64,000 nucleotides of DNA from Gemmatimonadota bacterium (GCA_048060725.1 JBGMQU010000002.1:1033-65032); one strand, 5' to 3'; positions 28,360-38,219 are shown, counted from the first letter of the stretch. Notes: a model not told the origin generated them from the letters alone. Made by a program: numbers and translations.

Positions 28360-29039
28360 CGACCGCGGTCATCGTGGCGGCTGGCCGCGGGGATCGTCTG
28401 CCCGGTGAGGTGCCGAAGCAGTTTCGCGACCTCTGTGGTCTCCCGATTCTCGAGTGGTCGGTACGCGCGTTCGAGGCGCACCCGGAGGTGGATCAGGTTG
28501 TCGTGGTGCTGCCGCCGGAGCTGGCCGAGCCCCCGCCCGAGTGGCTGGCCGACCGGGCGATCGTCGTGGCCGGTGGGGCGACGCGCGCCGCGTCGGTCGT
28601 CCGTGGTGTCGCAACTTCGGGTCGGGAGACGTCGGTGTTTCTGATCCACGACGGGGTGCGCCCCTTCGTTTCGTCTGCGACGATCTCGAAGGTCCTCGAC
28701 TCCGCGCGGAGCGGGCCTACGGTTCCGGTGCTTCCGGTGACCGACACGATCAAGTGTGTCGATCGGGATGGATGGGTGGAACGCACCCCGGCCCGGGATG
28801 CGTTGCGGGCTGCCCAGACACCGCAGGGATTCCCCGCCGAGCTTCTGCGAGAGCTTCATCGTAGAACGGACGTCCCGGAAGACGTCACGGACGACAGCGT
28901 GGGTTGTGAGCGTTCTGGCATCCCGGTCAGGACGGTGATGGGTGACGCCAGAAACCTGAAGATCACGAGCGAGGCAGATCTGGACTACGCGCGCTGGCTC
29001 GTTGAGGGCGGGATGATCGAGCGTCCGAGCCTGTCGTGA
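28356..29039 (+). CDS. ispD: 2-C-methyl-D-erythritol 4-phosphate cytidylyltransferase
   Basis: VIVAAGRGDRLPGEVPKQF N-terminus; ATGA overlap with radA. Confidence 0.85.
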   Translation: MTTAVIVAAGRGDRLPGEVPKQFRDLCGLPILEWSVRAFEAHPEVDQVVVVLPPELAEPPPEWLADRAIVVAGGATRAASVVRGVATSGRETSVFLIHDGVRPFVSSATISKVLDSARSGPTVPVLPVTDTIKCVDRDGWVERTPARDALRAAQTPQGFPAELLRELHRRTDVPEDVTDDSVGCERSGIPVRTVMGDARNLKITSEADLDYARWLVEGGMIERPSLS

Positions 29040-29701
29040 TTCGTCTGTGCGACGTGAGGTCGGGTGCGATACTGGCCACGGGCGAGGATGCGGTCCGGCG
29101 TAGCGCTGCGTGGCTTGACGAGGGGGGCATGCTGGCCCACCCGACGGAGACGGTGTACGGGCTCGGGGGACGTCCCGATGCCGACATCGACGCGGAGATC
29201 GCGAGGCTGAAGGGGCGGGATCCGGGACAACCGTTGATTCGGATCGCGTCGGACTTCGATGAGCTGCGGCGCGCGGTGCCGATGGCCGAGTGGACAGGTG
29301 GCGCGGAGCGGCTCGCCGAAAGATTCTGGCCGGGGCCGTTGACGCTCGTGCTTGCCTGGCGAGGTGCGGAGTCGGGAGGCGGCGTGGCGGTTCGAGTGGA
29401 TGCACACCCCGTACTGCGTCGGGTCCTTCAGGAGAGCGGTGGAGTCATGACGTCTACGAGTCTCAACCTCGCCGGGGAGGCCCCGGCCGGGACGGTTGGC
29501 CAGGCGCGTGAGATTCTGGACCGGCTTCCCGATGCCCGACGGCCGCTGTCGATCCTCGAGGCCGGCGACGTGGGTCCTTCGCTTCCTTCCACCATCTTGA
29601 GTCTCGTCGGCGAGCGACCGCGGCTCATCAGGGAGGGCGCAATCGGTCGGTCAGAACTCGACGAAGTGTTGACCACGCCGGTTCAGGGGTCGCATCCGTG
29701 A
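29036..29701 (+). CDS. tsaC: L-threonylcarbamoyladenylate synthase (YrdC/TsaC family)
   Basis: HPTETVYGLGG YrdC motif; GTGA overlap with ispD. Confidence 0.8.
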   Translation: MIRLCDVRSGAILATGEDAVRRSAAWLDEGGMLAHPTETVYGLGGRPDADIDAEIARLKGRDPGQPLIRIASDFDELRRAVPMAEWTGGAERLAERFWPGPLTLVLAWRGAESGGGVAVRVDAHPVLRRVLQESGGVMTSTSLNLAGEAPAGTVGQAREILDRLPDARRPLSILEAGDVGPSLPSTILSLVGERPRLIREGAIGRSELDEVLTTPVQGSHP

Positions 29702-30192
29702 ATCTGCTTTTCGTCTGCACCGGTAACACGTGCCGCAGCCCCGCAGCCGAGGTGCTCGCGCGCGCGGAGGCGGATCGCCGCGGGCTGGGAGGGATCCACA
29801 CCGCCTCGGCCGGGACGTTCGCATTCGCGGGGCAACCGGCGGCAGGAGTCAGCATCGCGGTGGCCGGAGCACGGGGCCTCGATCTGTCGGGTCACCGGTC
29901 TGCCGAGCTGAGCCTCGAACTCGTCGAGTGGGCGGACCGCACATTCGCCATGACTGCCTCTCACGCTCGCGGAATCGAGGAGATTGTCCCTGGTACTACG
30001 GTCTCGCTGTTGACGTCGGCCCTCCCGGAGGGACACCCCCGTCGCGGGCGCGGCATCGCCGACCCCGTCGGAGGCGATCGGGAAGTCTACGAGGAGACCT
30101 ACCGCGAACTCGAGGAGGCGATTTTCGCGCTCTTCGACCGGCTCGGCCCCGAAGCGACCGGTGAGTCCGCCGAGGCCGCGGATGGGACGTGA
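29698..30192 (+). CDS. Low-molecular-weight protein tyrosine (or arginine) phosphatase
   Basis: CTGNTCRSP (CX5R P-loop) at the N-terminus and a DP motif (IADPVGG). It lies downstream of tsaC. Confidence 0.8.
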   Translation: MNLLFVCTGNTCRSPAAEVLARAEADRRGLGGIHTASAGTFAFAGQPAAGVSIAVAGARGLDLSGHRSAELSLELVEWADRTFAMTASHARGIEEIVPGTTVSLLTSALPEGHPRRGRGIADPVGGDREVYEETYRELEEAIFALFDRLGPEATGESAEAADGT

Positions 30193-30985
30193 GTTCGTTC
30201 TTCTTGGCGACCCCGTCGCGCACTCGCTCTCCCCCCGTATCCATGCAGCGGCTTTCGACGCCTGGGGTGTTGACGCGACGTATCGGGCCCAACGGGTCGA
30301 GGCGGCGGGTCTGGCCGCGGCGGTACGGTCCGCGGCGGCCGGAGGAGGCGGAAACGTGACGCTGCCATACAAACGCGCGGTGGCGGCCCTGCTCGAGGAC
30401 GCCACACCCGATGTGGTGGAGACGGGGGCGTGCAACTGTTTCTGGCGCGACAGGGGCGATACCCTCGCCGGCGACAACACCGATGTCGGTGGTTTTATCC
30501 GGGCGCTCGGCGACCTCGATGTCGAGGTGACCGGCGCCGCCGTACTGATCCTTGGAGCGGGAGGGGCGGCCGGCGCGGTCGTTAGAGCCGTTCAGCGGCT
30601 CGGTGCCGGCCGGGTCGAAATCTGGAATCGAACGACCGCTCGGGCACGCCGGTTGGCGGCCGAGGTCGCTGGGGATGTCATCGTGCACGATCGGCTGCCG
30701 GAGGAAGGCGCCTACGATCTCGTCGTCAACGCGACCGCTTGCGGACTCCGCCTTGCGGATCCGTTGCCGATGGATCTCCGGGGAGGCACCGCCGCCGCCT
30801 TCGACCTCGTGTATGCGCCCGGCGGCACCCCATGGGTGAAGCACGCGGCCGCTCTTGGAATCCCGGCCACCGACGGCCTGGGGATGCTCGTCCATCAGGC
30901 GGCGTTGTCGCTGCGCCGCTGGTTCCCGGATCGCGAGCCACCGTTGAAGGAAATGTTTCGGGCCGCCCGTGGGGCTCCCGGCTGA
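30182..30985 (+). CDS. aroE: Shikimate dehydrogenase
   Basis: The start was set to the ATG at 30182 (the ORF track began upstream inside the phosphatase gene). HSLSPRIH ... NVTLPYK ... NTDVGGF ... LILGAGGAAGAV motifs. Confidence 0.85.
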   Translation: MGREFVLLGDPVAHSLSPRIHAAAFDAWGVDATYRAQRVEAAGLAAAVRSAAAGGGGNVTLPYKRAVAALLEDATPDVVETGACNCFWRDRGDTLAGDNTDVGGFIRALGDLDVEVTGAAVLILGAGGAAGAVVRAVQRLGAGRVEIWNRTTARARRLAAEVAGDVIVHDRLPEEGAYDLVVNATACGLRLADPLPMDLRGGTAAAFDLVYAPGGTPWVKHAAALGIPATDGLGMLVHQAALSLRRWFPDREPPLKEMFRAARGAPG

Positions 30986-31803
30986 CGCCGCTCCCCTCTC
31001 GCGAGAGCATCTCGCGGCGCATTCTTAGCGGACTGGACACCCTTCTCCCACCGGCCTGCGTCGTGTGCCGGTGTGCGCTGGCGCCCGATCAATCGCCCCT
31101 CTGTGGCCTGTGTCGTGCGCGGCTCCCGCGGTTGCCCGCACCCGCGTGTCGACGTTGCTCGGCGCTGGTCGCCGGGTCACCGGTCGACCGGGGCCCGTGT
31201 CCGCCGATCGACGGGTGTCCCGCGTGCTCGGCCTGGCCGGACGCGCTTGTGGGGGCCTTCGCGCCACACTCCTACGAGGGGACGGCCGCAGTGCTCGTAC
31301 GCGCGCTGAAGTACGGCCGCTGGAGATCGGTGGCGCTCCCGATGGCGGAGGCGATGACTCCGGTCGGCCGCCGGGCGAAGGACCACCTCGGCGGGGATCA
31401 GCCGCCGGTCATCGTACCTGTTCCCCTGAGCGCCTCGCGCCTGCGCGAGCGGGGTTTCAACCAGGCGGAGGAGCTGGCCCTGCGCGTAGCAGATGGGCTT
31501 GGTCTGCAGGTCGTGTCGTTGCTGGGTCGTGCGCCGGGACGACAACGACAGGCAGGGGCGGGAATCGTCCGGCGCGCCGAAAACGTGCAGGGTAGTTTCT
31601 TCCTCGCAGACACGCGGCGCGCCGGCGGCGGGTCGGCCCTCCTGGTCGACGACGTTCTGACGACGGGGGCGACGACCCTGGCCTGCGTCGATGTGCTGTC
31701 CGAGGCTGGTTTCTTACATGTGGCCGCCCTTACTTTTGCGCGCACGCTTCGGGCGCCGAGAGCGCCGAGCCAGGCTAACGGGACGAACAGAGGGCTGGAA
31801 TGA
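30982..31803 (+). CDS. comF: ComF family protein (phosphoribosyltransferase domain, N-terminal double CxxC zinc finger); start codon uncertain
   Basis: CVVCRC...CGLCRARL...CRRCSA..CPAC zinc ribbon and a C-terminal PRTase motif [13 protein letters not shown]. There is no in-frame ATG/GTG/TTG between the aroE stop and the first conserved Cys. Candidate starts are the CTG at 30982 (CTGA overlap with the aroE stop) or the CTG at 31033. Confidence 0.65.
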   Translation: MTPLPSRESISRRILSGLDTLLPPACVVCRCALAPDQSPLCGLCRARLPRLPAPACRRCSALVAGSPVDRGPCPPIDGCPACSAWPDALVGAFAPHSYEGTAAVLVRALKYGRWRSVALPMAEAMTPVGRRAKDHLGGDQPPVIVPVPLSASRLRERGFNQAEELALRVADGLGLQVVSLLGRAPGRQRQAGAGIVRRAENVQGSFFLADTRRAGGGSALLVDDVLTTGATTLACVDVLSEAGFLHVAALTFARTLRAPRAPSQANGTNRGLE

Positions 31804-32825
31804 CGAGAGTAGCGATCAATGGCTTTGGTCGGATCGGCCGCAACATTCTCAGGGCGGCGATTCAGTCTTCCCATCGGGATCTCGACTTCGTGGCGATCAA
31901 CGATCTCACCGACGCGGAGACCCTTGCCCACCTCTTCAAGTACGATTCCGTACACGGACGTTTCCCGGGCGACGTTCGCGTCGAGGGCGACGATCTCGTG
32001 ATCGGAGACAAGCGCGTGACCGTACTGTCGGAGCGCGACCCGGCGGCGCTTCCGTGGGCCGACATGGGCGTCGATATTTGCATCGAATCCACGGGATTGT
32101 TCCGGTCGCACGAACAGGCCTCCAGACATACGGAGGCTGGAGCCCAGAAGGTGATCATCAGCGCGCCGGCGAAGGAGCCGGACGTCACCATCGTGCTCGG
32201 AGTGAACGCGGACGACTACGATCCGGACAACCACCACATCATCTCGAACGCGAGTTGCACGACGAACTGCGTCGCACCGGCGGTGAAGGTTCTCCACGAT
32301 TCGTTCGGGTTCGAGAGCGGGCTGATGACCACGGTGCACAGCTACACGAACGATCAGCGCCTTCTCGACCTGCAGCACAAAGACCTGCGGCGGGCGAGGG
32401 CGGCTGCGATGTCGATCATTCCCACGACGACGGGCGCTGCGAAGGCCGTGGGCCTCGTGCTTCCGTCGATCGCGGGCAAGCTCGACGGCATGTCCATGCG
32501 CGTTCCGACGCCCGACGTGTCGCTGGTCGATCTCGTCGCGAACCTCGCCACCGAAACGACCGTGGAAGAGGTGAACGCCGCGTTCGCGAGCGCTGCGCGC
32601 GACCATATGAACGGTATCCTCGACTATACCGAGGAGCCGCTCGTGTCGATCGATTTTACGGGCGACCCTGCCAGCTCGATCATCGACGCGCGTTCGACGT
32701 CCGTGATGGATGGCACGATGGTCAAGGTGATCGCCTGGTACGACAACGAGTGGGGCTACTCGAACCGCTGCGTCGATCTGGCCGAGTTCATCGGCGAACG
32801 ACTGCCGGCCGGCGCGACGGCCTGA
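31800..32825 (+). CDS. gap: Glyceraldehyde-3-phosphate dehydrogenase
   Basis: INGFGRIGR ... [10 protein letters not shown] active-site motif; ATGA overlap with comF. Confidence 0.95.
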   Translation: MTRVAINGFGRIGRNILRAAIQSSHRDLDFVAINDLTDAETLAHLFKYDSVHGRFPGDVRVEGDDLVIGDKRVTVLSERDPAALPWADMGVDICIESTGLFRSHEQASRHTEAGAQKVIISAPAKEPDVTIVLGVNADDYDPDNHHIISNASCTTNCVAPAVKVLHDSFGFESGLMTTVHSYTNDQRLLDLQHKDLRRARAAAMSIIPTTTGAAKAVGLVLPSIAGKLDGMSMRVPTPDVSLVDLVANLATETTVEEVNAAFASAARDHMNGILDYTEEPLVSIDFTGDPASSIIDARSTSVMDGTMVKVIAWYDNEWGYSNRCVDLAEFIGERLPAGATA

Positions 32826-32832
32826 CCTCGCG

Positions 32833-34026
32833 GTGAAGAGAACGCTCCGCGAACTCCCGGCCGCCGATCTGGCCGGGAGACGCGCGCTCGTGCGCGTCGA
32901 TTTCAATGTCCCTCTCGAAGACGGGTCCGTAGCCGACGGCACCCGAATCGAGGCCTCCGTGCCGACCCTGCGATGGTTGCTCGACGCTGGCGCGCGTCCG
33001 GTGCTGCTGTCGCACCTCGGCCGCCCGCAAGGCGAGCGCCGGCCGGAGTATTCTCTCGCTCCCATCGCTCTGCCTCTGGCGGAACTCCTCGGCGCCCCGG
33101 TCCGATTCTTTGAACGGTGTGAAGGAGACGACGCCGTGTCGGCCACGCACGGATTGGGCGCTGGCGAGGTGCTGCTGCTCGAGAACACGCGGTTCCTCGC
33201 CGGAGAAACGTCCAATGACCCCGAGTTGGCGCGACGATTCGCGGAACTCGGCGACCTGTACGTTCTCGATGCGTTCGGGACGGCTCACCGCAAGCACGCC
33301 TCTACCGCGGGCGTGGCCGAACGAATGCGACCGGCAGTCGCCGGTCTCCTCGTGGAAGGAGAACTCGAGGCGCTCGGACGTCTGAAGGACGCGCCGGATC
33401 GACCCTTCGTGGTCGCCTTCGGTGGGGCCAAGATCTCGGACAAGATCGATCTTCTCCGTGCGTTCGTGTCCCGCGCCGACCAGGTCCTCGTGGGCGGGGC
33501 GATGGCGAACACCTTCCTTCGGGCCCGTGGGCTCGAAACGGGGGTATCTCTTGTCGAGGAAGAGGCCCTGGACCTCGCGGTCGAGATTCTCTCCACCGCT
33601 GGCGACCTCGTTCGTCTTCCCACGGATGTCGTTGTGACGACCGATCCGGGTGATCCTGCCGCCCCGGTCCGGGAGGTGCCCGCCGACGAAATTCCCGCCG
33701 ATGCGGCGGCCATGGACATCGGGTCGGCGACGCGGTCGACATACGCGGCCACCGTCGCCGGAGCGCGGTCGTTCTTCTGGAACGGCCCGATGGGGTTGTT
33801 CGAGGATCCTCGCTTTGCCGAGGGTACGTTCGCCGTGGCGCACGCGGCTGCCGCCGCCACATCGGTCGGTACGTTTACGGTGATCGGGGGAGGAGACTCC
33901 GCTCGGGCCGTTCGAGCCGCCGGCCTCATGGACGCCGTATCGCACGTCTCGACAGGTGGGGGGGCGGCGCTGGAGTTTCTCTCGGGCGGCGAGTTGCCTG
34001 GCCTGGCCGCGCTCGAAGACGCGTGA
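32833..34026 (+). CDS. pgk: Phosphoglycerate kinase
   Basis: RVDFNVPL ... LLENTRF ... AHRKHAST motifs; GTG start. Confidence 0.95.
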   Translation: MKRTLRELPAADLAGRRALVRVDFNVPLEDGSVADGTRIEASVPTLRWLLDAGARPVLLSHLGRPQGERRPEYSLAPIALPLAELLGAPVRFFERCEGDDAVSATHGLGAGEVLLLENTRFLAGETSNDPELARRFAELGDLYVLDAFGTAHRKHASTAGVAERMRPAVAGLLVEGELEALGRLKDAPDRPFVVAFGGAKISDKIDLLRAFVSRADQVLVGGAMANTFLRARGLETGVSLVEEEALDLAVEILSTAGDLVRLPTDVVVTTDPGDPAAPVREVPADEIPADAAAMDIGSATRSTYAATVAGARSFFWNGPMGLFEDPRFAEGTFAVAHAAAAATSVGTFTVIGGGDSARAVRAAGLMDAVSHVSTGGGAALEFLSGGELPGLAALEDA

Positions 34027-34072
34027 TCCCCGTGTCATTCGCAACGTGCTCAGCCTACAAAGGGGAGGACTG

Positions 34073-34837
34073 ATGGAGCCGACGCGCCCGCTGTTCGCGG
34101 CGAACTGGAAGATGCACCTCGGCCCGCGGGAGACGACCGATTTCGTCCGGGAGTTCTCGCGCTTGCATGCTCCGCGAGCCGGGGTCTCGGTCGTGTTCTT
34201 CCCTCCGGCGATCAGCCTGGCCGCCTTCGGTGAGGCGGCGAAGGGGCGTCCCGACCTGGAATTCGGCGTACAGGACGTCCATGCGGAAGAATCCGGGGCC
34301 CATACGGGTGCGATCGCGGCCGGCATGGTTGCGCAGGCGAGTGCCCGGTGGGGACTCGCGGGACACTCGGAACGGCGACGCGAGTTCGGAGACGACGACG
34401 AACTTGTCGGACGGAAGCTCATCCGGCTCCTCGAGGCCGGTCTCCAACCGGTCCTTTGCGTCGGGGAGACGTTGGAGGAACGCGAGGGCGGCGAGCTGGA
34501 ATCGGTGCTGCACCGGCAGATCGGTGCCGCGTTCGAGGCGTTGGACGAGAGCGATCGCAGACGACTCGTCTACGCATACGAACCGGTGTGGGCGATCGGG
34601 ACCGGACGGACGGCCGGCGCGGCGGATGCGTCCGAGGCGCATGCGATCGTACGGCAATGCGTCGCGGAATCTACGACCGATGACGACGCGACGGCCGCCA
34701 TCATCCTTTACGGCGGCAGCGTAAAGCCCTCGAACATCGATGAACTCCTCGCGGCGGAAGGCATCGATGGGGTCCTCGTGGGTGGGGCGAGCCTGCAGCC
34801 GCGGAGCTTCGCGGACATCTGCGCGGGTGGGGCGTAG
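34073..34837 (+). CDS. tpiA: Triosephosphate isomerase
   Basis: The start was reassigned to the ATG at 34073, which is preceded by AAAGGGGAGGA. AANWKMH ... YEPVWAIGTG ... YGGSV motifs. Confidence 0.9.
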   Translation: MEPTRPLFAANWKMHLGPRETTDFVREFSRLHAPRAGVSVVFFPPAISLAAFGEAAKGRPDLEFGVQDVHAEESGAHTGAIAAGMVAQASARWGLAGHSERRREFGDDDELVGRKLIRLLEAGLQPVLCVGETLEEREGGELESVLHRQIGAAFEALDESDRRRLVYAYEPVWAIGTGRTAGAADASEAHAIVRQCVAESTTDDDATAAIILYGGSVKPSNIDELLAAEGIDGVLVGGASLQPRSFADICAGGA

Positions 34838-34946
34838 CGGGCCTCGATCGTGTCGCGGGGCGCACGGCTGGTTTGCCGAGTCGCCTGTCCAAACCTAGTT
34901 TGAACTGTCCTTCAGAAGCTCCCGCGGGAATGATCCTGCGGCGGTG

Positions 34947-34973
34947 TGGCGCTCGCGGTGGGCGCCCTTTTTT
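34947..34973 (+). terminator. Putative intrinsic terminator/attenuator hairpin between tpiA and secG
   Basis: GGCGC tcgcggtgg GCGCC followed by CTTTTTTGT, about 110 nt after the tpiA stop and about 20 nt before the secG start. Confidence 0.35.
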
Positions 34974-34993
34974 GTAAAAACAGCGAGCCAGAG

Positions 34994-35407
34994 ATGTTCG
35001 GGTTTCTCGTAGCAGTAATTACAATTCTCGCGGTGATGCTCGTCGTGATCGTCCTCCTTCAGTCCGCGAAGGGCGGCGGACTCGCTGCCTCGTTCGGTGG
35101 GGCCTCGTCCTCGACCGATTCGTTCATGGGTGGGAGACAGACTGCCAGCGCACTGACGAAGATGACCTGGGCCGGGGGCGGGCTCTTTCTGTTCCTGGCG
35201 CTGGTGCTGTCGGTGATGTCGTCGAGGCCCACCGCGGGGCCGGAGTCCATCCTCCGAGAGGGTATCGGGACGCAGCCTGCTCTGCCCGATGCGCCGCCGT
35301 CGCTTCTCGATGCGCCGCAGGAGGCGGCCCCCGCCGGCGACGCGGGCGCCGATGACACCAGCGCGGTCGAACCGGGCGCCAGCGATCCGGACTCGGGCGG
35401 CAACTGA
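34994..35407 (+). CDS. secG: Preprotein translocase subunit SecG with an extended Pro/Ala/Asp-rich C-terminal tail
   Basis: The start was reassigned to the ATG at 34994 (MFGFLVAVITILAVMLVVIVLLQSAKGGG..). It has a second TM and then a ~55-aa low-complexity tail. It follows gap-pgk-tpiA, as in many bacteria. Confidence 0.8.
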   Translation: MFGFLVAVITILAVMLVVIVLLQSAKGGGLAASFGGASSSTDSFMGGRQTASALTKMTWAGGGLFLFLALVLSVMSSRPTAGPESILREGIGTQPALPDAPPSLLDAPQEAAPAGDAGADDTSAVEPGASDPDSGGN

Positions 35408-35433
35408 CCGCGGAGTCTGACCGACCGCGGAGT

Positions 35434-36072
35434 CTATCCGACCGCGGGCGGACGACGTCCGGGGCTGAAAGAGGGGTCGGGCAGGTCGAGAAAGTCCTCG
35501 TACCTCCCGGCCTCTTGCTCTCTGGAGAGCCACTCGTTGAAGCCCGACTCCACCAGCCCCTCCAATCCGCGCCCGTCCTTTGCCGTGCGGACGGCCAGCC
35601 AGTCGGCGTACTGGTTCTTCACGTCGGCCGCGTGTCCGCGTGTCCAGCGCCACTCGATCTCGTGACGCGCCGCCTCCGCGACCAGCTCTTTCCAGAGCGA
35701 GAGATTCTCGATTTGGCCGCCCTTTCGCCTCCAGCCCCGATGCGCCCATCCGTGTACCCACTCGCTGATCCCCTTGATCAGATACTGGCTGTCACTCGTG
35801 AAGACCACCTGGCAGGGGCGGGTGAGAGACCGCAAGCCAAGGATCGCCGACATGATGGCCATCCGGTTGTTGGTCGTATCGGGATCGAAATGCGCGAAGT
35901 CGCGCCGGCGCCAGCCACCCCGCTCGTCGAAACGTTCGATCAGGCCGGCTGCCGCGCCCGGATTCGCGCGGTCGCCGAACTGGTTGCCCAGACACGACTC
36001 GTCCGCGAACATGTGCACGACGGGGCCCGTGTAGGGGCCTTCGCCCGGGTTGGAACTCGTGTCGGCGGTCAC
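35434..36072 (-). CDS. rnhA: Ribonuclease HI with a ~60-aa C-terminal extension
   Basis: FADESCLGN (DxSC), TNNRMAIMSAILGL, TSDSQYLIKGI and HAADVKNQYADWLA motifs align to E. coli RNase HI. Confidence 0.8.
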   Translation of the reverse strand: MTADTSSNPGEGPYTGPVVHMFADESCLGNQFGDRANPGAAAGLIERFDERGGWRRRDFAHFDPDTTNNRMAIMSAILGLRSLTRPCQVVFTSDSQYLIKGISEWVHGWAHRGWRRKGGQIENLSLWKELVAEAARHEIEWRWTRGHAADVKNQYADWLAVRTAKDGRGLEGLVESGFNEWLSREQEAGRYEDFLDLPDPSFSPGRRPPAVG

Positions 36073-36143
36073 GGCGTCTCCAGTCTCGTGCGCTCAGGGA
36101 CCCGCAAGGGGACTCAACTCGACCGCCCCATTCGACACGACAT

Positions 36144-37283
36144 ATGAACGAGATGCAACCTCCACGCGGCGGTGCGTTCCGCTCCGGGTACCTCCTCCTC
36201 GAAGATGGTCGCCGCTTCGATGGCGAGTACCTGGGGCCCGACGAGGCATCGACCGGGGAAGCCGTCTTCACGACGGTCATGACCGGATATCAGGAAGTGC
36301 TGACCGACCCCTCCTTCGCTTCGCAGATCGTCGTGATGACGGCGCCGATGCAGGGAGTCTATGGAGTGAGGGATGCTGACGAGCAGTCGAGCCGTCCGTG
36401 GGTCTCGGGGTTCGTCGTGCGACACCTCTCGAATCTCATCGGTTCGATGCCCTCCGACGACAACCTGCCGGGTTACCTCATGCGGCACGCGATCCCGACC
36501 CTGGTGGGCGCTGATACGCGCGCGATCACACGGCATATTCGGGAAGCCGGTGCCATGGGCGCCATCATCACGCACGACGGGGTGCCCGAGGCCCGCGCGA
36601 GAGAGCGTCTCGAGGCAGAACCCTCAATGGCCGGACGCGATCTCGCAAGCACCGTGTCGACCGCGGAACCGTACGAGCTCGACTCGCTGGCCGATGGCCA
36701 TGAGAAAGGGCTCGTGCTCTGTCTCGACTATGGGGTGAAGACGCGGAGCCTCGATCTGTTCCGACGAGCCGGGTATCGGGTTCGCGTCGTTCCTTGCGGT
36801 ACGCCCGCCGCGGTGCTCACCTCGACCGGGATGGACGGGGTGTTCGTCTCGAACGGTCCGGGCGATCCGGAGGCGGTGCCAGGGGCGGTCGACCGGATCC
36901 GGGCCCTGTCCGATGCCGGCATCCCGTTGTTCGGCATCTGCCTCGGTCATCAGTTGATCGCGCGTGCGTTTGGCGGCAGAAACTACAAGCTCCCCTACGG
37001 GCACCGGGGCGGAAATCATCCCGTCCTGAACTATGCCACCGGTGCCGTCGAGATCACGTCGCAGAACCATGGCTTCGCCGTCGAGGAACGTGACGGAGAG
37101 ATCGCGGGGGCGCCGAGTCTCGAGGTTACGCACCGGAACCTCAACGACGGGACGGTCGAAGGGGTTCTTCATCGTGATCGGCCGGTCTTCGCGGTCCAGT
37201 ATCATCCGGAATCCGCTCCCGGCCCACACGATAGCCGCTACCTCTTCGAGCGCTTCGTGGATGCCATGGTCAAGGCAACGTAA
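36144..37283 (+). CDS. carA: Carbamoyl-phosphate synthase small (glutaminase) subunit
   Basis: N-terminal CPSase small-chain domain (AVFTTVMTGYQEVLTDPSF) and a GATase domain with GICLGHQL and the H/E pair. Confidence 0.9.
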   Translation: MNEMQPPRGGAFRSGYLLLEDGRRFDGEYLGPDEASTGEAVFTTVMTGYQEVLTDPSFASQIVVMTAPMQGVYGVRDADEQSSRPWVSGFVVRHLSNLIGSMPSDDNLPGYLMRHAIPTLVGADTRAITRHIREAGAMGAIITHDGVPEARARERLEAEPSMAGRDLASTVSTAEPYELDSLADGHEKGLVLCLDYGVKTRSLDLFRRAGYRVRVVPCGTPAAVLTSTGMDGVFVSNGPGDPEAVPGAVDRIRALSDAGIPLFGICLGHQLIARAFGGRNYKLPYGHRGGNHPVLNYATGAVEITSQNHGFAVEERDGEIAGAPSLEVTHRNLNDGTVEGVLHRDRPVFAVQYHPESAPGPHDSRYLFERFVDAMVKAT

Positions 37284-37316
37284 CACCAATAGATTTAACT
37301 ACATACGGGGGTCACC

Positions 37317-38219
37317 GTGAGCGAGAAGAACTCCAGGGGTACAGTCATCGCGATCATCGCGGTGTTCGTGTTATTCGGTCTCGGGCTGGTGCTCTCGTTG
37401 CGTGTCCTGAGCGGTGGATCGGTTCTGCCGGCAGGAGCCCGCGTGGCCGTCATTCCGCTCCGGGGGCCGATCGTGGGCGAGGAAGAATTTCTCCGCACCC
37501 TCGAGGCGTACGAGCGCGACGGGTCGATCCGTGGGTTCGTGATCGAGATCGAGTCGCCCGGGGGGACCGTCGGCGCCTCGCAGTCGATCTACGAAGGGAT
37601 CCGGGCGCTCCGGGACGGGGGTGACCGTCCGGTGGTCGCGTGGATGGGTGATGTCGCCACTTCGGGTGGGTACTACGCCGCCATGGGGGCCGACAGCGTG
37701 ATCGCCCTGCCTGGAACGATCACCGGATCTATCGGCGTAGTTATGGAGTTTCCGGTGGCCGAGGAGTTGTATCGCAAGGTCGGCGTGGACTGGGAGATCG
37801 TAAAGAGCGGGGAGCACAAGGACATGGGCAGTGCGACCCGTGCCCTGAGCGATGCGGATCGCGAGATCCTGCAGGGGCTGGTCGATGACGTTCACGCACA
37901 GTTCATCGAGACGGTCGCTGCGAATCGGGATCTGGACGTAGAGCAGATCGCAGCGCTGGCGGACGGCCGGATCTTTTCGGGGCGTCAGGCCATGGAACTC
38001 GGTCTGGTCGATGGATTGGGGACGTTCCGGGAGGCGGTCGCGATTGCCGGCCGGATGGCCGGCCTCGGAGACCGCCCGGCCATCGATCGGCCACGCGAGC
38101 GTGCCCGGGGGCTCTGGGACGTTTTACTGGGCCTCACGGGCGTCGAGGCACGGGGGTTGCTAAGGACATTCGTACCAATGCACTCGGGCACGCCGAGATT
38201 GCTATTCGAGTGGCGGTGA
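37317..38219 (+). CDS. sppA: Signal peptide peptidase SppA (S49, 36K type)
   Basis: N-terminal TM anchor and an S49 core (IESPGGTVGASQSIYEGI ... GDVATSGGYYAAMGAD ... GSIGVVM). Confidence 0.85.
   Translation: MSEKNSRGTVIAIIAVFVLFGLGLVLSLRVLSGGSVLPAGARVAVIPLRGPIVGEEEFLRTLEAYERDGSIRGFVIEIESPGGTVGASQSIYEGIRALRDGGDRPVVAWMGDVATSGGYYAAMGADSVIALPGTITGSIGVVMEFPVAEELYRKVGVDWEIVKSGEHKDMGSATRALSDADREILQGLVDDVHAQFIETVAANRDLDVEQIAALADGRIFSGRQAMELGLVDGLGTFREAVAIAGRMAGLGDRPAIDRPRERARGLWDVLLGLTGVEARGLLRTFVPMHSGTPRLLFEWR

Noticed and set aside
30739-30981. Upstream ATG-initiated extension of the comF ORF running inside aroE
   Set aside because: It would require ~250 nt of out-of-frame overlap with a well-supported aroE. 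The extension translation is low-complexity Arg/Pro-rich.
34946-34993. N-terminal extension of the secG ORF (MALAVGALFCKNSEPE)
   Set aside because: It translates the terminator-like hairpin and T-tract. The conserved SecG N-terminus begins at the ATG at 34994.
35404-35436. GACCGCGGAGTCT direct repeats as a possible mini CRISPR or REP element
   Set aside because: There are only two short copies in a 27-bp convergent intergenic gap. They are more likely a terminator-like element.
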